From Amoebophrya sp. A120 (taxonomy: Eukaryota > Protista > Dinoflagellata), in NCBI GenBank assembly GCA_905178155.1, contig CAJINV010000002.1, positions 10,524,709 through 10,588,708 on the forward strand: a stretch of DNA of 64,000 nucleotides, written 5' to 3'. Position 1 is the stretch's first letter; each line of letters starts with the position of its first letter. Shown in pieces: positions 1 through 11,490 of this stretch. Under the pieces are notes generated by a model. It saw only the letters and a program-made list of their open reading frames with translations. It made no database searches and was not told the origin of the DNA. Both the position numbers and the translations under genes were made by a program.

Positions 1-918
1 GCGGCGGCCGCGGGTCGGGCGGGCCGGCAGGCGGCAGGGACCGGCCGCGGGCCAGGCGGGGGCGCCACGACCCGATGGGGGCCCGTTCCCGATGGGCCCC
101 TGGTTTAACGTTTGGATGGGGCTGGGCGCCGAAGCGCGGTTGGACGACACCGACGGCACTTTTTGACTTAGCGTGTGGACGAAAATCTTGGCGCGCAGTT
201 TTTTATTTTTCGAACGAACGACAGCGCGCGGTTTTTCTAGCTAGCCGCACGAATTCCGCGGCCTTCAGTCTGTAACTTTTTGCTTTAACTATACTGGCCA
301 GGGGCCGGACTGCTTTCCCTAGTATATACTGCCCGCACTCCTTGTCGTTGTTGTCCACTCAGTTCAGAGAATTGCGTCACGGTTTCGTTTGCTCATAATA
401 TCCGGAAAACGAAAACACAATTTCTGGTCATACAGGGACAACTTGCTTTGATCCCGATAGTCCACTCCGAGTTTCAGCTGCCTTGCAAAAGCTTTGGAAG
501 TTTCCGACACGGCTTCATGCCGTGCTGATCTGAGTGGTTCACTCAGCCCAGTGACCTGAGCGGAGTGATCTTGTCAAAGTGAATTGTACAATGCCAAAAG
601 ATATTGAAAGTAGTACAGTCTTGCTGACACTAACGCCAGCCGCATTCATGCTGTCACTACGATAGTACAACAAAACTACAAGAGGGTGCTTCATATCAAT
701 TCAAGTGCGTATTTTTCAATCTTATGGACTGAATCGTACAACTTCTATCATAGCACCAACCTTCAGTAAAGTTTATTTGTACATTATTTTTCTGTAGCTC
801 TGGCAGATTTTTACACAAGCCTTTCACTCATTCAACATGTACTGTAGATGTGATGCACTAAATATGACTATTGCACATGCACTGGGCTTCTGTTATTGTG
901 CAATTCTTTTTCGAGCCG

Positions 919-3900
919 TTACTTGTTGTCCTGCAAAATCCAACCAAGTTCGGGATCTAACGTGAGTTCCTTCCCGTCCGCGGCCACGCAGCGAGTCACG
1001 GTCTCCGAGGCCCGAAACCCGTTGGGGCACGCAACTTCCATAAACTGCTCCTGGGACAGACCGGAAGTTTTTTGAAACTTTTGGCTCCACTGCTGCGCCT
1101 CCTCGTCCGACAACAATTTTGCCTCCAACACATCGCCAAATTGCAAGTCCTGTATGCAGATTCATGTTGACATGTTGACGTGTCCGACTGCACAAAAATG
1201 CTGATCAGTGCATAGATACTAACCAAAAGAATTATGAAAAAAGAACCATGTGGTTTTGCTGAGCAGCGATGAGAAACAAGACAAGGAGTTTTCTTCGAGA
1301 GCAGAAGCATACCTCGTCTCCCGTCTTGTTTTTCAGCAGGAAAGCGTACATGGCCTCCAGCTCCTCGCACTTTTCCGACGGTAGCAAAGGTGGAGGCTTG
1401 ACCTTGATTCGCTTGTTGTGTTCCTGCAAGTCGAACGAAAGGATCCACTGCCGAATCTGGGCGAGCTGCTTTACTGCTTCTGTGGGCCACAGGATTTCGA
1501 AAATCTTCTCCAAATGCGTCGGCTCTTCCGAAACGTGCGGACAGTCTGCGAAAATAAATTGAGGTAAAACAAGTACACTGCTGAGGACAAGAACTACTCA
1601 TCAATCAATCACGAAAGTCATGATCTCTGTAGCGAGCAGAGCGAAATCTTTGCTTTGCGGTGGACCTCCAATCACTATTGGCCGCTGTCTTCGCGTCAGC
1701 TCAGAAGCAGATTGATACCTGGATAAAACTTCTTCAGCTGCACTTTCAAAAGTGCAAGCAGAGCGTTTTTCTGTGCCTGTTTCACGTATGAAATGAACTC
1801 ACCCCACCGGTAAGCGGACGCCCCGGGTGCGCCGCCAATGGAAGACGAGGCATTGGCCGCACCACTGCTGGCGCTCACTCCCCCCGCTGCCGTCCCAGCT
1901 GTTCCGGAATTCGTGCTGGAGCGCTGGAGTTTGCGGAACCATTGCGAAACGACAAAGGCGTTCTGCCGGTTGAGTGGCTGGTCGAAGGAAGGGACCAGGA
2001 CGCCGGATATCAGCTGCCACAGCTGCACTTTTGCCTGCTTCTCGCTCGACATGGACTGCGGCTGACTCGCTACTTGTTCTACTGCTACTCGACTTGCAGG
2101 GTCTCTAGTGGCATTGCTACCCGCGCTGGCACGGCGATTATTTGCGGTGGTAGAAGAAGTTGCTTTTTTCTTCGAGGAAGTTTCCCCCTGATTCCCAATT
2201 GTGTCGCTGCGGCCGTAAAAGTGGTCCGCGTCCCCGCACAGCGGGCCCAGGGCCGCACTGCTCGCCAGCATCGCCGCAGGCAGCAGGTTCGCGGGCGTGC
2301 CGCTCAGGTTGGAATCTTTGGACTGTTGACGCAATTGTTCCAGCTGTACCAGTTCCTCCTGCTCTTCCCGCATCTGGCGTAGCATGGTCGCTTGGTGCTG
2401 CTCGTGAAAAGACACGCGCGCTTCGTGGTCCGCATCGTGGTGCCGCTCCGCTAGGACGTCCTCCTCGAGATCCCGCTCTATCAACAGCATCGGGGCCCGG
2501 ACCGAATGCAGCGCGTCTAGCGGATTCAATGGCATAGAAGTGTCGGCACCACCCGGATGCGGGACGTCCGTCTCTGCGGCATCCTCACTTCCAAGCGACG
2601 AGGAGGCTGTGACACTGTGCGCGGCCGGTTGCACCAGCCCCCGTTCGTTCTTATTTCTCGTTGGGTCCGCTGCACTGGATGTCCTCTCTGCGTGGTCAAC
2701 ACGCGCCGCTCTATTTGGAGATGCAGCTGCTGAAGTCTTTTCCCTCTCGCCACTTCTCGATGTTGTGGCAGATGACCCTCCGCCGGGCTGCTGGTGTAGC
2801 CGGTTTCTTGCTTCAGACGCAACGGCGGCGCTTGTTCCGCTTGAGGCGGTGGAAGATGAACTGGCCTTGTTCGCCGGGCCGAAATCCACAGGGCTTCGCG
2901 TTTCTGCCAGCGCGTATTTGTCGTCCAGAGCGGCAATGCTCTTCGCGTCTGAGCTATCGTTTGCAAAGGTCAAAGACCGACGCGCTGGACCCGGTCGAGG
3001 GGCACCGGTCGGCGGTGACGGTTGTTCCCTGTTTTGGTGAGGCTCTGCACTGTCGCCTGCTCGGGCTCTTCCTGTCGCCCCCGGCTCCGTCACGGTCTTG
3101 CCAACCTCTGTCCCTTTCCCCGCGGCGGCGGCGAGCGTAAAGCTGGTCGTGGCCGCGCGATTGACGCCAATTTTTGTACTTCGGGGCGACCGGGAGGCAG
3201 GAGATGAATTCGCATCCCCGCTCGGCGCTCTCGGTTTGGTGGGTGTCATGCTCGACGTCCCGGAAGTAGTACTAGAGGGAGCTCCTGATCCGCCGCTCAC
3301 GTCTTTGCTACTCTCCGGCTTCGGCCCACTGGTCGTGCCGCCGACGAACGACGCGGAGGACTTTGCTGCGCCGGGAACGGGGGGCAATACCCGGTCCTCA
3401 ATCACTTTCTGCAGCGGGATACTTCGTTCCACGCTACCACGTCGTCCGAACTGCGACGGGTAGTTTGCTGCGAGTTGCGCCATGAACCCGGACGTGGTGG
3501 AGCTCGTTGTAGGGATGCCGCAGAGCTCCTCCGACGCCAAACCGCTTCCTGCGCTGAGCCGGCGCGAGCGGAAGCCCTCACTGAACGTCAGGGACGCCCG
3601 ACGCACAGTGGGGGTGCCGACCGAGTCCTCTGGCGCCAAGCTGCTGGAGGCGCCGAAGCTGCGACGCCGCACCTTCTCGTACAAGCTGTCGATGTCCTGC
3701 CGCGCGGCCTGGCTCTGCTTGGTCTCCGTGGACGTCTGTCGCTCCAACGCACCCAGCCAGTCGTCATCGGACAAGTTGGACATCAATTCGTCATCGTTTT
3801 CCTCAGTGTCCTTGCTCCGTTCAGCGCTCGAAGATGTCGGTGCTGGGCTGGAAGACGGGTTCGGTTGGGCCGTCTTTTTCTCGCTCGCAGCTTGATGTTT

Positions 3901-4938
3901 TAGGGCCGTGTCGTCATCACGAGGCTTCGCCAATACGGCGCCGACAGAGGCTGCTGGTTCACCCTTGTCCTTCGTACTACCCGCTGCAAGGTTATTTGCG
4001 GAAGGTGTTGATCCAGAAAACGCAGAAGACGTTACTGCTGTTGCTTCGGCAGCAGGTGGAGCCCTGTCCTTGGAAGTAGACCCTTCACTGGCTTTACTTG
4101 ATGCACCCCCGCCTCCAAGGGGTGGGTTCATAGCAGCTCCTGCTCGAGTCGCGTTTGCAAAAATTGCGTGATTCGCTTTTACAGGGATGCCACTGGTCGC
4201 CCCAGCGCTGCTGCTAGGACCACCTGACGCCGCTGCTGATCTTCCAGCTGGATCGCTACCTCCTGCACTACTACCTGCTGCAACTGCAGCAGAAGGCACG
4301 ACGCCTCCGCTTACTTCTTTATCCTTCGAGGACGTCGAGGACGACACCGCTCCCGTGAAAAGGTTTTTCATGCGCGTGAAAGTGCTGCTTCCTCCTGACC
4401 CTGTGCCGGTCGCGGCTCCCACTCCGGGCGGGACAGCCGTCGCTCCGCCAGGACCAACTTGCTTCGTGTTACTTGTTCCAAATCCGATCTTCCCGGTCGC
4501 TGCCGCGCTCAGCGCAGCGGCCTGTGACAGCGCGGCTTTCAACTCGTCCGGGACGGTGCCGCGCAACACGGGAGGACCGCCGGTCGAAGATTGTGCATTT
4601 CCACTCCCGCCCAGTTGCTGCGCCGAGAGGCGTCCTCGCACGGAAGACGGCAGGCCGAGCAGGTCGTCGTGGTCCTCTGTCGAGGTCTGGAAAGTGCTCC
4701 GGTTTACCGGCGGCCCTTCGTCGTTGAAGGTGCCGCGCTGCCGCATGATGGATTTCGAGTCGCTCAGAATGTTGTCTAGGTCCTCCATGGCCTGGTCGTT
4801 CGTACTGGCGCGCCGACGCGATATACCTGAACCTTCCGCGCCGGTCGGGATCCGCATACTCATCTCATTGAGGCCGCGGCCACCTCCCCCCACACTGCTT
4901 CTCCCTCCCGCGCCGCCACGGAACGCGCGATCCGCCAT
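919..4938 (-). CDS. Large low-complexity (S/G/A/T-rich) hypothetical protein with degenerate EF-hand-like C-terminus; 3 exons: 4938-1719, 1545-1313, 1149-919
   Basis: 1080-aa ORF joins in frame to ORFs 1232..1513 and 919..1146 through GT-AG introns 1718-1546 (KFYP/DCPHV) and 1312-1150 (KTGDE/DLQFG). The C-terminal LSQEQFMEV resembles an EF-hand. Confidence 0.7.
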
Positions 4939-5251
4939 CTCTTCTTTCCAACTCTTTACGACAGCCTTTGTAGCTGCAGCGAGCTCTGTGCCGAGCTTCT
5001 GTACTTACTTACATGAGCGTGTTTTGTTAGCGAGATCACAACAGGACGCGTCTAGCATTGGAGCTAAGCAAGCAGCACAACTCAACTTCTGCCTGCTCAG
5101 CACATGGATACACAACACATCTGAGAGAAGCAACTGCTCGCTTCTGTATGGCTCGTCTCCGTATCTTCTTCAAAAATGTTCCGTCCCTCACTTCCACCTC
5201 TCGCTCTCGTCGGTCGGAATCGTCTTCTTTTAGATCATAGGCTCGGTGAAC

Positions 5252-7294
5252 TCATATGAAGAAGAAGCGAACAAGTACTAATGATTCCCAAAGAAGAAAA
5301 TTGAGGCCAAACCTACCACTGTGAACGGGAGCAGCATCTCCAGAGCGAAGATTTCCATATCTTTCGGACGCATAAACGCTTTTTTCAACTTTTCGATACG
5401 CGAGCACTTTCTTTTGAAACATTTCGTACAGAAGAAGGCCGTCTTCTTCGGTGCACAGGCCGCTTGCTGCCACTCTTTTTGCCAGGTCGCCTCTCCACTC
5501 TCGGCCCAGCGTAGGACCGTCCAACCAAGCATAGCAGGCAGGTGCCATGTGTTTGAGTTTCTCGTCCGACAAGAGCCATTCTTGCACCTGCTGGTCTGAC
5601 CATGCCCTGGGGTTTTGACCCTGCAAGGCGTTTTTTTCTTGCCCGCTGGCCCTTCTGGTTTTGCTGCTCTTTGACAAGGCGGTGGCACTTTTTCCCAGCG
5701 CCCGCACCGCTTTCAGGGTGGCCAGCGCTCTTCTCGTGTAGTTCGAATGACAGCTCAGCGGGCAAAGATGAGCGACCCAGTAAATCTTGCACGACAAAGA
5801 GGGAGCTGCGTTCGGCGTGTCTCCTTGTACAAGATCACCTTCTGGCGGGTCAGCCACATCCCACAAGGGCGCCAAAATTTCGTCTCGCAGGAGCAGGGTC
5901 AGCTTGCTCCCGCGCCACACCGGCAGATTTTTCAAAGTTTGGAACGCAGTAGTACGCACCGCGTCTTCATCATCTGCAATTTCCTTTGCCGTCCGTGCTA
6001 TGACCCGAACGCAGTCGTGCAGCGCTGCAAGCGACGACGAGATGAACTTGGTCTCGACCATGGCCTGGCCGCGATTGTGAAACGTTTCCAGGCTCTTTTC
6101 TGACCCGGCGAGGTCCAGCACAGTGCAGCAAATTCGTTCTTTTCCCTCCCTAATTTTAACCTGAAACGTCCAGATCGCATGCGACCTGGAGGAGTGCTCG
6201 TGCAAGTTGGTTTCTCGCGAGGCTCGGCGCGCTTCGGCCCGAGAGAGCCTCTGTTCCAGCTTCCCGATCATAACGGTGGCTGTGTTGGGCGAGAGACTTG
6301 CATTCGTTTCGGTGGCGTCACCAGCGGTCTCAGCTTCCGTCGAAGCGGCTGCGGGTGAACGCGGAGAAGCCCGACCGCCCTTACTGCTATTTCCAGCACC
6401 GTCAAAAATGCTGTCTTCGTCCTCGGGCAGCAGCAGGTCAACCAATTTTGCACCAGAGAGCGTTTTCCCGGCCTGCAATTCTCGGTACTCCATCGTGACA
6501 TCGGAAAGACCCAAGACACGATTGTCGCTGTTTTTCGACGAAGCTAATATCGGCTGACGACGATCGCGAAAACCGAGCAGCGTTCGCATGACCGCACGGT
6601 GCACCTTGTGTGCCGTGTGGGTCTTTCCCGCCCCTGTCTGTCCGTGGAGAATGACCACCAAATTTTGATTTTCGGCGTGATCTTCCGACACAGCGGCAGT
6701 GAGGTAGTTGAGGAGGTCCTCGTGACCGTCAGGTCCAAACGCGCGATCAACCGACGTTGAATCGGTAGAGACGAGTTCTGGCTCCTTCGCGGGTGTTTTT
6801 TGTCCTTCTTCGGCAAACGTCCGGTCCGCCGATTCCGGTCCCGCAGGATCCCCTGGCCGCGCCACCTTTTCAGTGTGCAGCGAGACGCTGGACCTCGACC
6901 AAGACAAGCATTCGTAAACCGGACGCCCGCGCTGGTCCGTAGTTCCGGGCACCTCCGACTCTCTCCACAGCGGCCGAACGGTCGCCAGGCCTTCCACCGA
7001 GAGATGATTTTTAGCGGCCGCAGTTTCAGTTGCAGCGATCTTGTTGATCTCTCGTCGTCCGACGTCGGCGGTAGATGCCCGAATTTCCTGTAACCTAGCT
7101 TGCAGCTCCGCCGCAAGCGTTTCTGCAGCCACCTGCCTGTCGTCTGCTGTTAGTTGCTCACGTCGCGTGCTGCTCGGCAGAGGAGCAGCGTCAAGCTCCA
7201 CGACAACCCCACCCCTCACTGGAGCAGGTGCTGCGGCCGCGGCAGCCTTAGCCACGTCGGCATCGAGAAAATCGTACACGCGGCGTCTGTCCAT
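5252..7294 (-). CDS. Kinesin motor-domain protein with C-terminal SAM-like segment
   Basis: P-loop GQTGAGKTHT, switch I NLHEHSSRSHAI, switch II DLAGSE, WRGSKLTLLLRD. C-terminal NPRAWSDQQVQEWL is SAM-like. The 3' end may contain a further intron. Confidence 0.9.
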   Translation of the reverse strand: MDRRRVYDFLDADVAKAAAAAAPAPVRGGVVVELDAAPLPSSTRREQLTADDRQVAAETLAAELQARLQEIRASTADVGRREINKIAATETAAAKNHLSVEGLATVRPLWRESEVPGTTDQRGRPVYECLSWSRSSVSLHTEKVARPGDPAGPESADRTFAEEGQKTPAKEPELVSTDSTSVDRAFGPDGHEDLLNYLTAAVSEDHAENQNLVVILHGQTGAGKTHTAHKVHRAVMRTLLGFRDRRQPILASSKNSDNRVLGLSDVTMEYRELQAGKTLSGAKLVDLLLPEDEDSIFDGAGNSSKGGRASPRSPAAASTEAETAGDATETNASLSPNTATVMIGKLEQRLSRAEARRASRETNLHEHSSRSHAIWTFQVKIREGKERICCTVLDLAGSEKSLETFHNRGQAMVETKFISSSLAALHDCVRVIARTAKEIADDEDAVRTTAFQTLKNLPVWRGSKLTLLLRDEILAPLWDVADPPEGDLVQGDTPNAAPSLSCKIYWVAHLCPLSCHSNYTRRALATLKAVRALGKSATALSKSSKTRRASGQEKNALQGQNPRAWSDQQVQEWLLSDEKLKHMAPACYAWLDGPTLGREWRGDLAKRVAASGLCTEEDGLLLYEMFQKKVLAYRKVEKSVYASERYGNLRSGDAAPVHSGRFGLNFLLWESLVLVRFFFI

Positions 7295-7679
7295 CGTGAA
7301 TCAAACTACTTTTGATGAACAGTTTTTACACTTTAGAGTAGGAGAATCACGAACGCGCCATCGTGGGCGAGCGGGACACAAATCGAACAAGCCCGGAGCG
7401 GCAGGCCGAGGCCGAACTCGTCGTCCCCGTCCCGTAGAAAAAAAATTAAAGGAAAGGCACTCGCTCTCACACGTGTAAGTATCTCCGTGGTTTACGTCAC
7501 TCAACTCTTGACAACTGGAGGACGATGAACACGTCAGCAAAACGATCAAAGATGAAGAGCAAGATCAGGCTTCATATTCATGTCATCATGAAGAAAAAAG
7601 GAATTATCGTCGCTTTTTCGGAAGAGGTTACTTCTCATGCGGTATGATTCGGAAAAGTTTCTGGTATCTTTCTGTATCA

Positions 7680-10600
7680 TCAAGTATTTGGGTAATCTCC
7701 ATTCATTCTTGTAGACAACAGCTTTTTCATGGCCGCGGCATACGAGCCTGGCATGTGGGTTTTCAGCATGTTTGAACTGAGCACAATCTCGTCAAACCAC
7801 CCCGGGGAGTGCCAGTGCCAGCACTTGCGGGTCCCCCGCGGGGTTGTGGCAACGGCTCCAGGCGTTGAGGAAGACGAAGAAGACTCATCTTCGTCGTACA
7901 CCATAAACAGTACCTTTTCCCCGGGCGGATAGAGCTGGTGGATCACCCGCCGCGTTCCTGTCTCCTCGTCGAACACCAGCTCGTTTCCTGACTGCTTCAT
8001 CGCCTGCAGCGTTTTCCAGATCGCAAATTGAAACTCCAGGTCTTGCTGCCTTTTTCTGCTGCTCGGGTTTTTGTCCTTCTCATCGGTTTGTGATGCTGCA
8101 ACAGATGCTGAACTTCTATCACCTCCACCGCTTGTAGTTCCTCCGTTCGTTTTTGAAGTAGTGGACGACGACAGCTCCTGTCGGATATCACACAGGTGCT
8201 CCACGCACTTGCGCAGGTTCAACACCGAGGCCTGCGAAAGCCGCGGCACAACATCCCAACCGACCACTGTGGCAGTGAAGAACCGGGTCCCAAGGGGACG
8301 GGCCGGCTGCCCGTGCTGCTGGTCGTGAGAACCACGAGTTCTTATTCCTGAACTTCCGGAGGAAGTGAAAGACAGGCCCGAAAGTCGTGGGGGCAGCAAA
8401 GTAGATTGAGCTTCTTCGTCTTGACAAGGTTTGCTCATTGGCGACAAGAATGTCGCATCCACTTCCGCTTCCGGAACGGCCGCGGCTGCAACATCTTCGG
8501 GGTTTTTCGTCGTCCAAAACTCCTTGTCGGTCATATCCGCGGTGAACCGCAAATTCTGGGTGCAGACCGGCGGACAAGCGTGCGCCGCGCAAAACATGTT
8601 GACGTGGGCGAAGTAGGGCGACCGGCTCCAGATCGCGTACAACAGCGACGTCGTTCCTGCGCCGAGACTGTGGCCGGTTAAGACCAGCTTGTAGTTTTTG
8701 TGCTCCTTCAGTAGGCTCAGCACCGGGTCCGCTAGCGCTGTCGAGATGTTCTGCGCGGAGGCCCACATCCCTTCGTGCACATAGAACTCCCCATTGGACG
8801 TCGATGAACTTGTGGAGCTCGTTGTGCCCGAAGAGGATCCACCGACGCCGTTGTTGCTTAAATGCGTTTGTTCTGCTTGATGTAGCCCTGCTTCACCCTG
8901 CCGATCCACCCGACTGTTGGGTTTGAACTGCTTCGCAGCCGGCGCTACCAGAACCTCCTCGCTCTTCTGCGCAAACTCGACTTTGGGCACTTCGGAGTGC
9001 GCCACCGCGTCGGAAATGAGGTCCGTCAGGACGTCATTGACGCTGAGGGTCCCCCGGACGCAAACCACTACGGCCTTCGACACGTGGTCAATAAGCACGG
9101 CGTGGGCCGGGACAAACGGTTTGGAGGTAAACACCGTGTGGGGCTCAACCACCTCGACCTTGTTCAGCGGGCTGATGTCCTCGAAGAGGTAGGTGTTCAG
9201 CTTCTGCATGGAATCGCGGAAATCGCCCGGTGCGCTGGGCAGACAGGCCTTGTACAGGCAGTTGCAGTACAACATGGACCTAAACAGAAAGTGCCGCATC
9301 TCTTGGTCCTGCCGGTACAGAGCCGCGGGGTCCGGGGGATTGCCGGACAGGTCCAAATCCGGCACGGGGAAGAATGGGGGACTTAGGTCTTGCTCCCGCT
9401 CAGCTTGTTCTTCACAGATCGACCTTATAGCAGCCGCCTGCTGCTTGCTCATGTCGGACGAGCTCTTCGCATGTGCTTCCTGTGGAATATTGCGGGCTGC
9501 TGGTGCCTTGTGTGCATCCGCATTTGGGACAACTGGCGCAGCAGCTATATCACCGATCTCCCGTTCTCCTTCTTCAATGCTTTCGATCTCGTGCGCGTGG
9601 AGGAACATGCGGCGAATCATGCGGTCCAGGTAGGTGGGCGCCGTCTCCGGTTCGAAGCCCTTGCGCAAAAACTTCTTCTGCAGGTCAATGTAGTGCAGGA
9701 TCGCGGCATACAGCTGGTTCGGCGTTCGGTGGTCCCGCATAGGGCCGATAAATTTGGGCAGCGTCTCAAAAATCCGAAACACTGACTCGGCAGCGGGGTC
9801 GCCACTGACGAAGTCAGGCAATCTGTTGACGCCAGCACTCCTGTTCCCGGCTGCCGCGCCACTGTCCGTCTTGGCCAGGTCGGCCTGTAGTTTCTGCAGA
9901 GCCTGCGACTCCAGTTGGTCCGCTTTGTCCAGACAGGCTTCGCGAAAATTCTTCAAAGCATCCAACGCGGAGGACGAGGTCGATGTTGCCTCCACAGCAG
10001 CGTCTTCCTGATTTTCGCCTCGCAGCTGTTGCGGTGGATTTTGTTGATTTGCGGGTTGTACTGTGTGCAACACGTCGTGCGCGACACCGGTCGCGAAATT
10101 CGCCGCGAGCCGGGCCCCGGCTGCGATCAGCGGCACTGCATGCAAGCCCGTGCGGAGACCGTCCGCGTGGGCCTGCTTCCACTTGTCTTCCCACTGCTGG
10201 AGAAACGTGCGCGGCTCACTCGAGGTTGAACCTGGCGCCGCGGGCTCCGAACCCATGGCGCCGGTAGTTTGCGCTTCGTTTACGTCCATTCTAGCCGATT
10301 GAGTTTTCTTCCGTGCTTCCCGTCCGGGGAAATCTGTACGACCCTCTGCATCAGCAGGATTCTCCGTTGTATTCCTTGCGGCTACACCAACAGTGGCCGG
10401 ATTTTTGGTACCGCTGTACGTCCGGGCAGACGATTCGGTAGAACCAAACTCCACGACACTCAGACAGCTACTGGTGGAAAAAACCGTTCCGACCGATGCT
10501 GGTCGTCGCGAGCCGGTCCACGAGTTCTTGTTCCAAAAGGGGGCCCCGCAATTATCATGAAAGTGGTGGTAGCTGCGCCTAGGTCTACTTCGTAGCTTCG

Positions 10601-10736
10601 CGCGCCAAGTCACGAAAGGCGGGTAATGGCTGATATGACTCCTTGTAGCTCCACGAACCCTCTTTAAAAGATTGCTCCAGCTGGTCCACGACGAACGTGC
10701 GCTGGTAGACATCAAGGTACAAGGAGGGGGAGGCAC
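7680..10736 (-). CDS. Class 3 lipase (diacylglycerol lipase-like); true start probably ATG 10712 or 10289
   Basis: VVVCVRGTLSVNDVLTDL, YVHEGM, nucleophile motif LTGHSLGAG, DVVPRLS, LYPPG and late His (MLKTHMP). Confidence 0.9.
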   Translation of the reverse strand: MPPPPCTLMSTSARSSWTSWSNLLKRVRGATRSHISHYPPFVTWRAKLRSRPRRSYHHFHDNCGAPFWNKNSWTGSRRPASVGTVFSTSSCLSVVEFGSTESSARTYSGTKNPATVGVAARNTTENPADAEGRTDFPGREARKKTQSARMDVNEAQTTGAMGSEPAAPGSTSSEPRTFLQQWEDKWKQAHADGLRTGLHAVPLIAAGARLAANFATGVAHDVLHTVQPANQQNPPQQLRGENQEDAAVEATSTSSSALDALKNFREACLDKADQLESQALQKLQADLAKTDSGAAAGNRSAGVNRLPDFVSGDPAAESVFRIFETLPKFIGPMRDHRTPNQLYAAILHYIDLQKKFLRKGFEPETAPTYLDRMIRRMFLHAHEIESIEEGEREIGDIAAAPVVPNADAHKAPAARNIPQEAHAKSSSDMSKQQAAAIRSICEEQAEREQDLSPPFFPVPDLDLSGNPPDPAALYRQDQEMRHFLFRSMLYCNCLYKACLPSAPGDFRDSMQKLNTYLFEDISPLNKVEVVEPHTVFTSKPFVPAHAVLIDHVSKAVVVCVRGTLSVNDVLTDLISDAVAHSEVPKVEFAQKSEEVLVAPAAKQFKPNSRVDRQGEAGLHQAEQTHLSNNGVGGSSSGTTSSTSSSTSNGEFYVHEGMWASAQNISTALADPVLSLLKEHKNYKLVLTGHSLGAGTTSLLYAIWSRSPYFAHVNMFCAAHACPPVCTQNLRFTADMTDKEFWTTKNPEDVAAAAVPEAEVDATFLSPMSKPCQDEEAQSTLLPPRLSGLSFTSSGSSGIRTRGSHDQQHGQPARPLGTRFFTATVVGWDVVPRLSQASVLNLRKCVEHLCDIRQELSSSTTSKTNGGTTSGGGDRSSASVAASQTDEKDKNPSSRKRQQDLEFQFAIWKTLQAMKQSGNELVFDEETGTRRVIHQLYPPGEKVLFMVYDEDESSSSSSTPGAVATTPRGTRKCWHWHSPGWFDEIVLSSNMLKTHMPGSYAAAMKKLLSTRMNGDYPNT

Positions 10737-11490
10737 GGCAGGATTACCAAATCTTGGTCTTTCAGTTTGACAGAGCGATCGGCGTCAGCTTCAGTGGGCC
10801 CTTTCTTGTGGAAAATCACATTGCTCTTCGGCAAGAGAAAATAAATTTGTAAAAAACATGATGAAAACTACAGCGTGACATCCAGAGAAGAAAAGCCTTG
10901 TAGTAATCATTCAACACGGGTTGGGGTCACCTTTGTACTTACAGAACATACTTGAAATCACGATCAAGGTCCTGACGTCCAACAATCTTTGAAAGAGTTG
11001 AAGCACCACCTAATTCACATAATTCTGATCATATCGAACATATTCTTTATCATTTCTGATTGCTCTCGCCGTCTCTTGCCCTCAAATATCCTCTCCCTGC
11101 AGACTTGTAACTTCTGATCTTGCCTTGATGATCCCTTACCCTTCCATCAGAGTGCAAGTGGTGCACGACAAAATTCTAAACTTCAGACCTCATGGTAGCA
11201 ACAAGTAGAGGCACTGAATTCCGATCTCCGGTTCCGAAAACTGGCATAAGCAATCACGCAACGAACTGCAACGTTCTTGCTCCACAAGCATGATAGCCCA
11301 CTGCAACCGGAGGTTGCAAGAAGGTACTTATTTGTTACTCCATGATATTAGGAACTGGCTACTTAAGTATCTGATATGCCACGCGAGAAACTCTCCTTGC
11401 TGTCGTGCTCTCTTGTGCGAAAACCGTTTGCGTTGAAAAAGTCGTTAGATTTGGTACAGCATGGGAATTACTTGCACTTCCCCCTTCGCT

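Noticed and set aside
4187-5233. Long plus-strand ORFs (e.g. 4187..5233, 27941..28768, 31129..31905, 39107..39940)
   Set aside because: Antisense shadows of GC-rich minus-strand genes, with no motifs.
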